From Tolypothrix carrinoi HA7290-LM1 (lineage in GTDB: Bacteria > Cyanobacteriota > Cyanobacteriia > Cyanobacteriales > Nostocaceae): a stretch of DNA of 19,108 nucleotides. This document shows positions 1-8,653 of this stretch, piece by piece. The stretch's first letter is position 1, and each line of letters starts with the position of its first letter. The stretch is taken from the NCBI GenBank assembly GCA_019358935.1, contig JAHHIK010000138.1, positions 1 through 19,108 of the forward strand, given 5' to 3'. A program made the position numbers and the translations under genes. Under the pieces are notes generated by a model. That model was not told the DNA's origin and made no database searches. It saw only the letters and a program-made list of their open reading frames with translations.

Positions 1-127
1 GCCTTCTTCTCAACAGTAACTGTCTCAAAGCCTGATTTTTCCATTGAGACTGGCATAAGTTTGCACCTTGCGATCGCCTGTTGAAAGCCAGTTATAGAGA
101 GGTATTGGCATTTTTCGGAGATGTCTA
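1..127 (-). mobile_element. Possible end of an IS/MITE inserted at a TA in the hydrolase gene
   Basis: Minus strand reads TA-GACATCTCCGAAAAA (117-127 is GGAGATGTCTA on plus), which resembles a terminal repeat I recall from Nostocales elements. The other end is outside the window. Confidence 0.4.
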
Positions 128-765
128 TTGATAATTGGAATGAGAATGCGGCACAAGCCAAAGTTCATATTCTCATAATCATAAGAACCTACCTGTGTTA
201 CCCCAGCTGCCACCTTACTTTTCATAAACGTATAATCCGAGGCAGAACTATCTGTACTGAATCCCGATCTATGTGTCAACAAGTGCCGAAAGGTGATCTT
301 GTCGATATTATTACCTTTACTCCAGTAAGTTGGTAAATAGTTAATAATCTTACTATCGTAAGAAATATTCTTGCTATCTAAAACTTTGACCAAGCCAACC
401 GCTGTGATAAATTTACTGACACTGGCAACGTGCATACGTGTATCTTCACTCCAACCTTGCCTGAGATCGGCTGGAGTCTGTGCCCAGTTCCAAATCAAAT
501 TATAAATGAGGTTGCCGTTTTGCCGCAGTTGCAGCATGTATCCAGTTACAGAGTCTTTTAAAATATTGTGGATAGCCTTGCCAAAAGCATCTACATTCAA
601 TTTAGGAGGGATAGCAAATTGTCTAGTGACAATGGGAATGTCATATCTGACTTCTCGCGATTCATCAACCTCTTCTATCTGAATGTTTTTTACATGTTCT
701 GGTGTAATGACATGTGCTGCGATTTCAGCTTCTGTTAGTTCGGCGGGAAGATTGGCAATTTTCAT
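25..765 (-). CDS. Serine hydrolase, beta-lactamase class C/PBP-like family, probably C-terminally truncated
   Basis: SxxK motif (ASVSK), LLTH motif and YxN (YENMNF). Only 246 aa; the residues after IPIIN look unrelated and start at an element-like end (TAGACATCTCC on minus). Confidence 0.75.
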   Translation of the reverse strand: MKIANLPAELTEAEIAAHVITPEHVKNIQIEEVDESREVRYDIPIVTRQFAIPPKLNVDAFGKAIHNILKDSVTGYMLQLRQNGNLIYNLIWNWAQTPADLRQGWSEDTRMHVASVSKFITAVGLVKVLDSKNISYDSKIINYLPTYWSKGNNIDKITFRHLLTHRSGFSTDSSASDYTFMKSKVAAGVTQVGSYDYENMNFGLCRILIPIINRHLRKMPIPLYNWLSTGDRKVQTYASLNGKIRL

Positions 766-998
766 GGTTTTTTTCTCTCTTAAAAAAGTGACTAGTTTGT
801 GCTTTTCAACTCTTGCGTACCAAGTGAAAGTCCCTTAACAAGTAAGCGTTAAACTGGACGCAAATCGATAATTGTTTGAGTTGAGAACTGACTGAATGAT
901 TCGATGTTTTTAAGATTAAATGGCAATCGGGAAGAACTAGGGAAGAAAATTTAATTTCCAAAAATATCAGTCAGCACCAGCCTGGTTTTAGAGAATTG

Positions 999-1095
999 TA
1001 GGACTTACGCACGCGCTAACGAATTGTAGGGAACCCTTCATGAATTGCCCCTACGTAAATTCAATGGTGACGGCGAGATGAGTGCGTAAGTCCTG
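999..1095. mobile_element. MITE with AGGACTTACGCAC terminal inverted repeats and an internal REP-like hairpin
   Basis: Perfect 13-bp TIRs at 1000-1012 and 1082-1094; 5-bp direct repeat AATTG at 994-998 and 1096-1100; GTAGGG...CCCTAC hairpin at 1026-1054. Confidence 0.85.
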
Positions 1096-1283
1096 AATTG
1101 GTATAAATTCAGCAACGCCAAGTATTGTTACATCTTGCCGATATCTGCCTTACATGTGCATAACTTGATTTGGCTCACACCTAAAACAATATATAAGGCA
1201 AGCAATACTTGCTTTCATTTCGTTCAGTTAATAAGGTATAACTTCCCGCTGCATATATTAGAACTTTTGTCAATATTGCATGT

Positions 1284-3893
1284 ATGGCAGAAATTAAACG
1301 AAGTCTAGCAGTAGTTATCGGCATCGATCAATACAGCAATGGCATCCCAGCACTGCAAACTGCTGTCAATGATGCTAAAGAAATCGCCGCTACTTTAAAG
1401 AGCAAATACGAATACCAAGTTCTGCTGCTGTTGGATAGCGATGCTAACAGCAATAAATTCAACAGTCTATTGACTGCTCTTGAACAACAGAAACTACTTT
1501 TTTCTGATGGCAGCCAAATTGAAATTGAAGAAACTGATAGACTATTTTTCTATTTTGCCGGACATGGTATCGCCTTAGATACCCTTGATAACGCCGATGG
1601 TCCTGCGGGTTTTCTTGTCCCCCAAGATGCAGGCTTGAATAACAACAGCACTTGGTTATCGATGACGCGACTGCACGATGCTTTGCAAAAACTGCCATGT
1701 CGTCATTTGTTGATTATCCTCGACTGCTGCTTTGCAGGGGCATTTCGTTGGGCAGGTAACAGAGAAGCGGTGCGGCAAAATAAACTATATCGCGAACGCT
1801 ACGATCGCTTTATCTCTAGTTGTGCCCAGCAAGTTATCACCTCTGCAAGCGATGATGAAAAAGCTGTTGATTGCTTATATCCTTTTGGACAACGCTGCGA
1901 ACATGATGGACATTCTCCCTTTGCGCTCGTTCTCCTCAAAGCACTTAGAGGAGATGTTGACTTGAGTCAAGACGGTCTACTTACAGCAACAGAACTTTTT
2001 GTGTATTTACAGAGCGAGTTGTATAAGATAAACGCAAAACAAACCCCTAACTTGCGTCACCTTAAACACCATGATGATGGTGAGTACATCTTTCCCGTTT
2101 TTAGTTTTGACCGCAATAACTTAGCTTCAGCACCTGCAATTTCCGAAAATACTAATCCTTATCGGGGTTTAAAATCTTTTGAAGAAGAACACAGTCAGCT
2201 ATTTTTCGGCAGAAAGAAATTAATTTCCCAGCTGGCAGAATTCATAAGCGATCGCCCGTTGACGGTAGTGCTGGGTGCTTCTGGTTCGGGAAAATCTAGT
2301 TTGGTAAAAGCCGGATTAATTCCATATTTGAAGCTGGGCATGGGGCATGGGGGAGGCAGTGCGTTGGGGAGGCAGTGCGTTGCGGAGGTCACGAACGTTG
2401 TAGCACCTGCCGTCGGCTCTGCCGACTTGAAGCATCTGCCGTCATGGGGTATGGGGCATAGAAATTCGGAAACTTCTTTTTATTCTCATTGCCCATTGCC
2501 CATTGCCCAATTACCAATTAAGCAAGAATGGCGCATTTTGGCTCCGGTGCGTCCGGGAGAATCGCCTTTTGTGGCTTTAAACAAAACGCTGATCAAGGAA
2601 AATTTGCCAATTTTTGCGGAACCAAACAAAGCTTTTGAGCAAGAATTACAGAATTTGTATCAGAGTGTAGGTGAATGGTATCGTTTGAATCCTCAGGCAA
2701 AATTCCTATTGGTAATTGACCAGTTTGAAGAATTAGTCACTATGAGCCAAGATGAAACTGAAAGTGAAAAATTCTTTGAAGGATTGGCAAGAGCAATAAA
2801 AGCTTTTCCTGAGCAGTTAAGAATTGTGGTGACACTCAGAAATGACTTTGAACCACAATTTCGCGATACTCCTTTAGAACCTTACTGGGAATCGGGACGA
2901 TTTGTGATGCCAAAGATATCGCGTCAAGAATTGCGATCGTGCATTGTCGAACCAGCCGCTGCCAAGGTAATGTATTTTGATCCGCCAAGTTTAGTAGACG
3001 AAGTAATTGATGAAGTGGCACAGATGCCGGGAGCTTTACCGCTACTTTCTTTTACTTTGAGTGAACTGTATCTGAAATATATTCAGAGTGTCAAAGAAGG
3101 TAAAAGAAATAATCGGGCAATTACTCAATCTGATTATGCAGAATTAGGGGGAGTGACGCGCAGTCTCACTAAAAGAGCAGACTTTGAATATGACGAGTTA
3201 GTTAAACTTGACCCCGCTTATTCCCAAACTATCAAGCACGTAATGCTGCGGATGGTAGCGGTGGGTAGCAGCGATTTGACACGCAGACGGGTGCTATGCA
3301 AAGAACTGGAATATCCACAACCCGAAAATACACGGGTAAAGTTGGTGATAGAGCGCTTTGTGGCGGCGCGGTTGTTGGTGAAAGGACGCGATATAGAGAA
3401 TAATGAATATCTAGAGCCGGCTCATGATGCTTTAATCCGGGAATGGCAAAAGCTGCTGAACTGGAAAAAACAAGAGTTAGCTTCTTTAGTATTGCAAACA
3501 GAGTTAAGACCGACTGCAAATAAATGGGCAACCCAAAAACACGATAAAAAGGCTGTTGGTCTTCTGTGGTATAACGATCCTCGCTTGCCGTTAGTACAGC
3601 AATTACTTAAGTCTGATGTTGGCTGGTTGAATTTAACAGAGTTGGAGTTTGTCAAGCGTAGCATCCAAAAAAGACGCAACAAGCACTTAAAGGCGATCGC
3701 TATACTTAGTGCAGTGATGATATTGCTGTCGCAACTTACCGCTTTTGGGTTTATTCAACTTCGTTTTTCGATTGTCAATAACAGTGCAGAAGAAATTAGG
3801 CAATCTTCTTTGCAGCCTATATGTTCCCAATTACACAATTATACTAAGCAAATACCGCAAAGAACAGAGGCAAATATAGCTGAAGATAAATGA
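1284..3893 (+). CDS. Caspase-like peptidase C14 fused to a STAND (nSTAND1-like) P-loop NTPase with a C-terminal TM helix
   Basis: N-terminal LAVVIGIDQY; catalytic His (FAGHG) and Cys (LDCCFAG); NPYRGL..F, Walker A GASGSGKSS, Walker B LLVIDQFEEL, GALPLL, HDALI..W; hydrophobic AIAILSAVMILLSQLTAFGFI. Confidence 0.9.
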   Translation: MAEIKRSLAVVIGIDQYSNGIPALQTAVNDAKEIAATLKSKYEYQVLLLLDSDANSNKFNSLLTALEQQKLLFSDGSQIEIEETDRLFFYFAGHGIALDTLDNADGPAGFLVPQDAGLNNNSTWLSMTRLHDALQKLPCRHLLIILDCCFAGAFRWAGNREAVRQNKLYRERYDRFISSCAQQVITSASDDEKAVDCLYPFGQRCEHDGHSPFALVLLKALRGDVDLSQDGLLTATELFVYLQSELYKINAKQTPNLRHLKHHDDGEYIFPVFSFDRNNLASAPAISENTNPYRGLKSFEEEHSQLFFGRKKLISQLAEFISDRPLTVVLGASGSGKSSLVKAGLIPYLKLGMGHGGGSALGRQCVAEVTNVVAPAVGSADLKHLPSWGMGHRNSETSFYSHCPLPIAQLPIKQEWRILAPVRPGESPFVALNKTLIKENLPIFAEPNKAFEQELQNLYQSVGEWYRLNPQAKFLLVIDQFEELVTMSQDETESEKFFEGLARAIKAFPEQLRIVVTLRNDFEPQFRDTPLEPYWESGRFVMPKISRQELRSCIVEPAAAKVMYFDPPSLVDEVIDEVAQMPGALPLLSFTLSELYLKYIQSVKEGKRNNRAITQSDYAELGGVTRSLTKRADFEYDELVKLDPAYSQTIKHVMLRMVAVGSSDLTRRRVLCKELEYPQPENTRVKLVIERFVAARLLVKGRDIENNEYLEPAHDALIREWQKLLNWKKQELASLVLQTELRPTANKWATQKHDKKAVGLLWYNDPRLPLVQQLLKSDVGWLNLTELEFVKRSIQKRRNKHLKAIAILSAVMILLSQLTAFGFIQLRFSIVNNSAEEIRQSSLQPICSQLHNYTKQIPQRTEANIAEDK
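2353..2442 (-). repeat. Nested pair of 45-nt structured dispersed elements inside an STRR tract, in frame within the STAND gene
   Basis: Inner copy 2369-2413 (45 nt) lies inside an outer 45-nt copy. Removing the 90 nt restores TGGGGCA-TGGGGCA-TGGGGTA-TGGGGCA. Confidence 0.85.
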
Positions 3894-4081
3894 TTTCCAC
3901 TCCTCAGCGATGCTGCCAATAAAGAACCGTTGAGACAAAAAACTTGAGAAAATGTTTTTTAATCACTTTAAGTTATAAATCTGAATAAAAATAATGTTTG
4001 ATTTAATCTATGAGCTTACTTTAAAGTGAAAACTATGCACTTTACTGATGGCTTCTGTAAAAGCAAAGCCACAAAATTAAA

Positions 4082-4660
4082 ATGAATAAATCAATTGCAA
4101 AAAAATTAACTTCTTGGGTCGTCTCGGCAGTATTTGTTGTATTTGTAGCGGGATTTTCTCTGCTTGACCAGCCTAGCGCTTTAGCTCAATCAGAAACAAC
4201 ATCTACACCCGCTCCCATAATATCTCCGGTTGCATCGCCAATACAGTCTGTAAGCGCAAATGTGAAACGTTTGTTACAAACCAAAGAATGTGTCGGGTGT
4301 AACCTGAATGGAGCAGACCTGAGTTCGGCTAACTTGCAAGCAGCAAACTTGGAAAATGCGAACTTGGCAGATGCAGACTTCGAGAAGGCTAATTTACAAG
4401 GAGCAAATCTGTTAGGAGCAAATTTACAGGGAGCAGATTTAGGTAAAGCAAACATAGCAGGAGCAAACCTAGAGAATGCAAACTTATTTGATGCAGACCT
4501 AGAGAAGGCAAACCTACAAGGAGCAAACTTGTTAGGAGCAAACTTACAAAAAGCAGACTTGGAGAAAACAAATCTAATAGATGCGAAAATAGAAGGGGCA
4601 AACCTGCTAGGGGCTGATTTGGAAGATGCGATCGCACCTCCAGGATTCACAGTTCAATGA
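4082..4660 (+). CDS. Pentapeptide repeat protein with signal peptide
   Basis: Signal peptide ending ALA, LLQTKECVGCNL motif, then about 20 A(N/D)Lxx repeats. Confidence 0.93.
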   Translation: MNKSIAKKLTSWVVSAVFVVFVAGFSLLDQPSALAQSETTSTPAPIISPVASPIQSVSANVKRLLQTKECVGCNLNGADLSSANLQAANLENANLADADFEKANLQGANLLGANLQGADLGKANIAGANLENANLFDADLEKANLQGANLLGANLQKADLEKTNLIDAKIEGANLLGADLEDAIAPPGFTVQ

Positions 4661-4670
4661 TAACAAGTGC

Positions 4671-4708
4671 TTGACATCCTTCCCCCGTTCAAATAACGGG
4701 GATTCTTG
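4671..4708 (-). mobile_element. Short IS200/IS605 right-end-like hairpin remnant, possibly acting as terminator between convergent genes
   Basis: TTGACATCCTTCCCC...GGGGATTC closely matches the end at 18839-18874; stem CCCCGTT/AACGGGG. Confidence 0.6.
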
Positions 4709-4720
4709 TTTTTATTTCAC

Positions 4721-5515
4721 TCACAAGTGCAAATTATCGCCGATCGCTACATCACCATTACTAATAACTTTGGCTAAAACTCCTGTTTGGGTGTGGTGAA
4801 ATTGCTTTTGTAGTAAAGTCAGCAATCCAATATCTCGTTCTCCGGTTTCTGGATGCACGTCTATATTTAAACAGCGATTAATTCTGGCTGTAATCTCAAT
4901 TCTCGCACTACCAAGTTGCATTTCTTGCCCTACCCAGTCAAATTCTTTCCATGCGGGTACACCTTCTACAACTATATTCGGACGGAAACGCCGGACATCG
5001 ATTTGTTGTCCGGCTAATTGACTTAAATTATCAATAGTTGCTTGACTAACTAAAGAAATATGCACTGCTTCTCTGTCAGGATAGCGAGTTTCGCCAAACA
5101 TCCCCACAAATTGTAAGGGTGCGCGTTTGCCGTTTCTAGCAGCAAGACTGGGATAAATTCCTGCGAGATAGCCGGTGAAAAATGTGGAAATGCGATCGCG
5201 TCCGATTTCTGTATTCGTATCGCCAATCAATAATTCTACACCTTTACGCTTGACTCTGAGAATACCGCTAGTTTCTTCATACTCGCAATCTAAAGCTGCA
5301 AGTCCGTGCCAATCGTTTTGCATGATGAAGTTGTGCTTCTTCATCCACGGCACTTTAGTTGAGTCTACGTCTATTTCATCTTGCTTGTACATTAACGCAA
5401 AAGAGCGATCGCCTGGTATCCCATATCCAACTTTTAAGGTTACACATTCCTCTGCTAATGGTGTTAAACCCTTCACCGGATGGATAAATAACTGCTTAAC
5501 CTCTGCTTGTTTCAT
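4721..5515 (-). CDS. MOSC domain protein (YcbX/mARC-like)
   Basis: LFIHPVKG, GDRSFAL, RRFRPNIVVEG, RC motif and GDVAIGD are typical of MOSC_N plus MOSC. Confidence 0.88.
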   Translation of the reverse strand: MKQAEVKQLFIHPVKGLTPLAEECVTLKVGYGIPGDRSFALMYKQDEIDVDSTKVPWMKKHNFIMQNDWHGLAALDCEYEETSGILRVKRKGVELLIGDTNTEIGRDRISTFFTGYLAGIYPSLAARNGKRAPLQFVGMFGETRYPDREAVHISLVSQATIDNLSQLAGQQIDVRRFRPNIVVEGVPAWKEFDWVGQEMQLGSARIEITARINRCLNIDVHPETGERDIGLLTLLQKQFHHTQTGVLAKVISNGDVAIGDNLHL

Positions 5516-5543
5516 TAGTTGCGAAGTGAAAATTTAAAGCTTC

Positions 5544-5576
5544 AGAAGTCGGGTTTCTTTAAGAAACCCGACTTCT
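5544..5576. repeat. Perfect inverted repeat (16-bp arms, 1-nt spacer), possible terminator or RNA stabiliser between FTR1 and MOSC genes
   Basis: AGAAGTCGGGTTTCTT-T-AAGAAACCCGACTTCT. Confidence 0.75.
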
Positions 5577-5597
5577 CGTTTGTCACAGCAGACTTTT

Positions 5598-6560
5598 TTA
5601 ATCAGAACTAGAACTCATAGATTTTTGTTTACCTGGCTGATTTTTCCCGCTCTTGCCACCTGTAATACTACGCAAATATATACCGCCTATAGTCAATAAA
5701 AATACTACATAACCTACTGCTTGCACGAGATAAAGACGATCTCTGTAGCCAAATAATGATTTAAGAATAATGCCTGGGAATTGTTCATCAGGTAAGATTT
5801 TCGAGGTATTTGAAACCATCGGACCCAAAATGCAAGAATGGACTTTGGTAAACCTTTCGTAATAAAAACAAAGGCTTTGGGAAGCGCGATCGCTTAAAGC
5901 CAAAGCAGCAGCAGCTTCATCAAAGCGTTGCAGTGCCGTCACTACCAAACCGGCAACAATCAACACCAAAAAAATGCCCATCACCTGGAAAAATTGCCGA
6001 ATGTTAATTTTTACACCCCATTTAAACATCAGCACACCAACAGCAGCTGCCGCAACTAAACCGCTAATAGCACCGAAAGCTGGCATGAATCCTTGTTGAA
6101 AATTGGCAGCGACAAAGAAAACTGTTTCAAAACCTTCGCGAAGAACGGCAATCAAAATTAACCAAAAAACGCCCCAGCCGGCATTAGAATCTGTTTTGAG
6201 AGCGCTTGTAACTGCTCCTTCAACAGTAGCTCTCATAAATCTGGCTTGTTTGGTCATCCAGATGAGCATCCAACTGAGCATAGCGATCGCTAATACGCAG
6301 AAAAATCCCTCTAGCAAAACCTCTGTCACCGATGCGTATTGCGGATTTGCCGCACTTAGCGCTCGCGTAATCCAACTCAACAACACCCCTACCAGCGCAC
6401 TCAGGGCAATGCCAACGCCCACACCAGCATACACCCAAGAGTTAAGCTGAGATTGCTTGGCTTTTTTCAACAAGGCAAGCACAATCCCGACAACAAGGGC
6501 AGCTTCTACTCCTTCTCGGAGTGTAATTACAAAAGTCGGTAAGGCAGTACTAAAATCCAT
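5598..6560 (-). CDS. FTR1/EfeU family iron permease
   Basis: Two REGxE motifs (LREGVE, LREGFE), about 7 TM helices, LKSLFGY near the C-terminus. Confidence 0.93.
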   Translation of the reverse strand: MDFSTALPTFVITLREGVEAALVVGIVLALLKKAKQSQLNSWVYAGVGVGIALSALVGVLLSWITRALSAANPQYASVTEVLLEGFFCVLAIAMLSWMLIWMTKQARFMRATVEGAVTSALKTDSNAGWGVFWLILIAVLREGFETVFFVAANFQQGFMPAFGAISGLVAAAAVGVLMFKWGVKINIRQFFQVMGIFLVLIVAGLVVTALQRFDEAAAALALSDRASQSLCFYYERFTKVHSCILGPMVSNTSKILPDEQFPGIILKSLFGYRDRLYLVQAVGYVVFLLTIGGIYLRSITGGKSGKNQPGKQKSMSSSSD

Positions 6561-6567
6561 CGTCTGT

Positions 6568-6758
6568 TGTTAGTAGTTAGTAGTTAGTAGTTAGGAGTTA
6601 GAAGTTAGGAGTTGGTAGTTAGTAGTTTTAATTCCTAACTCATAACTCCTCACTCCTCCCTTTGTTTGTTAGTAGTTAGTAGTTAATAGTTAGGAGTTAG
6701 GAGTTGGTAGTTAGTAGTTTTAATTCCTAACTCATAACTCCTCACTCCTCACTTTGTT
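6568..6758. repeat. STRR block (TTAGTAG/TTAGGAG with complementary CTAACTC/CTCACTC) duplicated in tandem
   Basis: Two near-identical units starting at about 6568 and 6667; the second lacks one 7-mer. Confidence 0.85.
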
Positions 6759-6771
6759 CTCCTCACTTTTC

Positions 6772-7206
6772 TCAGCTGAAATCGCGTAACATTTTTTTCA
6801 GTTCGAGATTATGCATCTCTTCCTGTCCTATCATATTACGGGCGAATTCTTCTAAGTAAATGCTGGCATCGGTGACGGTTTCCAGCAGACTTTTATACAA
6901 ATCCAGAGCCTTTTTTTCGTGGGATAAGCTTTCTGTCAAAATATCCTTAACTGAATGCTTGTAAGTTTCTTCCATCGGCGCAATTTTTAGGCTGGGGTGT
7001 CCATCTAAACCTGTGAGTATTTCTCCGACTTGTTCAGCATGAAGTAGAGACTCGCTAGCCTGCGCTTTGAAAAAACCCACAATCGGAATGCGGTTGGGAC
7101 CTGTAACCATCAGAGAATAATGAGTGTAGCGGACTACTCCGGCTAGTTCAAATTCCATGATTGCGTTGAGTAAGTCGATGGTCTTTTTCTGGTCAAGCTC
7201 TTGCAT
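6772..7206 (-). CDS. Ferritin-like / bacterioferritin-like protein
   Basis: Four-helix-bundle pattern with acidic/His ligands: FELAGVVRY, SESLLHAE, HEKKALDLY, QEEMH. 144 aa. Confidence 0.85.
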   Translation of the reverse strand: MQELDQKKTIDLLNAIMEFELAGVVRYTHYSLMVTGPNRIPIVGFFKAQASESLLHAEQVGEILTGLDGHPSLKIAPMEETYKHSVKDILTESLSHEKKALDLYKSLLETVTDASIYLEEFARNMIGQEEMHNLELKKMLRDFS

Positions 7207-7294
7207 TTTGCGTTAATTGAAGTTACGTGTGGAGAGTAATCAGTTAAGAATGAGGAGTTAGGAGAATGGAGTATGAGTATAATTCCTAACTTTT

Positions 7295-7323
7295 GTACAG
7301 ACGTTCCACTGGAACGTCTCTAC
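7295..7323. repeat. REP-like palindrome (GTAG-type)
   Basis: GTACAGACGTTCCA-C-TGGAACGTCTCTAC, one mismatch. Confidence 0.7.
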
Positions 7324-7388
7324 TTTCTTCTCACTTCTAAGCTAATTTTAAACTCCTCAATTTTGCTATTAAGAATTAAGTAAAACTG

Positions 7389-8432
7389 CTATCGCTGGGC
7401 TTGGGTGCTTGATTTATCAATCACGGTTTGAGAATTTTGCTCAATAGTTTTCACTAGCTTGGTAACATCATCAGGAGTTTTGACTGGTGCAGCTGGAGGA
7501 ATAGCGGAGGGCCAAACTTTTACTAGTTCAGCCATACTTGTTTCAATGGCTTTATGTGCTTCCGGAAAGTCTTTTGCCATTTGGCTAGAAATACCTTTGT
7601 ATAATTCGTTGGCGTAGATGACAAAACCACGAGAGTCTTGATATTCGATTGCCGCAGATATTTTGCCGTTAGCGATCGCTGCACCATATTCTGAGTTTGC
7701 CGCATCTAATAGCTCATTAATGCTTTGTAGTACAAATCCGGTTTTTGAGCGTTGCGCTTCTGGTAAAGCGGCGATCGCACCATCTACTGCTTGCATTGAA
7801 GAGGCAAAATCAGTTTTTAGTTTGGCTGCTTTCGGATTCGATTTTACTAAATCTTGCAAACTTACTAAAGTCGTCTTAAATTCTTTAACTTTACGTTCGT
7901 TTAGTTGGTCTTCAACATCAACATAAATCTCTTCAACTGGATGTCCTATATGAGGTTCTGCTTGTTTGGGCTGATTTTGATCTAGCAATTCTTTTGCTAC
8001 TATAAGATGCCCTTTCATCAATCCCAATTTACTCATATAGTCAACATCTTTTGCCTCACCCGTGAGTACTACCTCTTGAACAGTCACCATATCTTTAATT
8101 TGGTCAAACTGCTCTTGACTAATCACCTTTTTAGAAACTAATTCCTCAGGTGAAGCATAAGGACGATTTGCTTGAATTTTGTTTGATAATGCTGGTATTG
8201 CTAGCTTTGCCTCAAACTTATCCAATTCGGACAATATCGCAGTGTTGATATTTATTTGATTTTTGCTGCCGTGACCGCTATGATTATTATTACTTACTGC
8301 CTCGCTTGCCTGGGGGCTATTGGCAACAGGGGCAGGTGAATTATCTGCGCTTGGTGTGCCTGCATTACAGGAACTCAGGGAAACTATGGCACAAGCAGCA
8401 ACAGCCAAAAAAATGTAACGAACTTTGATCAT
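7389..8432 (-). CDS. Lipoprotein with helix-hairpin-helix (PsbU/ComEA-like) domain and His/Glu-rich helical domain
   Basis: ATG at 8432 with upstream GGAG is preferred over 8492; lipobox LSSC; ININTA..EL..NRPY.S.EELV HhH pattern; GHL, HIGHPVEEIY and EYQD motifs. Confidence 0.8.
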   Translation of the reverse strand: MIKVRYIFLAVAACAIVSLSSCNAGTPSADNSPAPVANSPQASEAVSNNNHSGHGSKNQININTAILSELDKFEAKLAIPALSNKIQANRPYASPEELVSKKVISQEQFDQIKDMVTVQEVVLTGEAKDVDYMSKLGLMKGHLIVAKELLDQNQPKQAEPHIGHPVEEIYVDVEDQLNERKVKEFKTTLVSLQDLVKSNPKAAKLKTDFASSMQAVDGAIAALPEAQRSKTGFVLQSINELLDAANSEYGAAIANGKISAAIEYQDSRGFVIYANELYKGISSQMAKDFPEAHKAIETSMAELVKVWPSAIPPAAPVKTPDDVTKLVKTIEQNSQTVIDKSSTQAQR

Positions 8433-8529
8433 TTTTGCTCCAATAAACGTTTTAAAGGTATTAATTAAAACTTTCTCAGCTAGCAACAGCACGTTAGTTT
8501 GACATTGAGTCGTAGAATTTACTTTTGCA

Positions 8530-8549
8530 TATAATGATATTTTTTATCA
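8530..8549. promoter_or_regulatory. Putative Fur-family (FurA or Zur) box upstream of the lipoprotein-ferritin-FTR1 genes
   Basis: TATAATGATATTTTTTATC matches the 19-bp Fur consensus at 15/19; TGATATT-T-TTTATCA matches the 7-1-7 form at 12/14. The region is AT-rich, so a chance match is possible. Confidence 0.55.
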
Positions 8550-8653
8550 ACTAATTCAAAAAAATTAACTATAACTTCAATAATTTTTTTCAAATAATTT
8601 AGGCTCTGCCCTAATTTGATGCAGAGTATAATGCAACACATTTAAGTTGATAA

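Noticed and set aside
2334..2520. Intein or self-splicing intron in the STAND gene
   Set aside because: No Cys/Ser start with His-Asn end, too short for a group I/II core, and fully explained by repeats.
4186..4650. Antisense ORFs over the pentapeptide gene, and similar shadow ORFs elsewhere
   Set aside because: They lie opposite or within well-supported genes and reflect codon periodicity.
7389..8432. psbU or comEA assignment
   Set aside because: Only a small part is HhH-like; length, lipobox and neighbours do not fit either gene.
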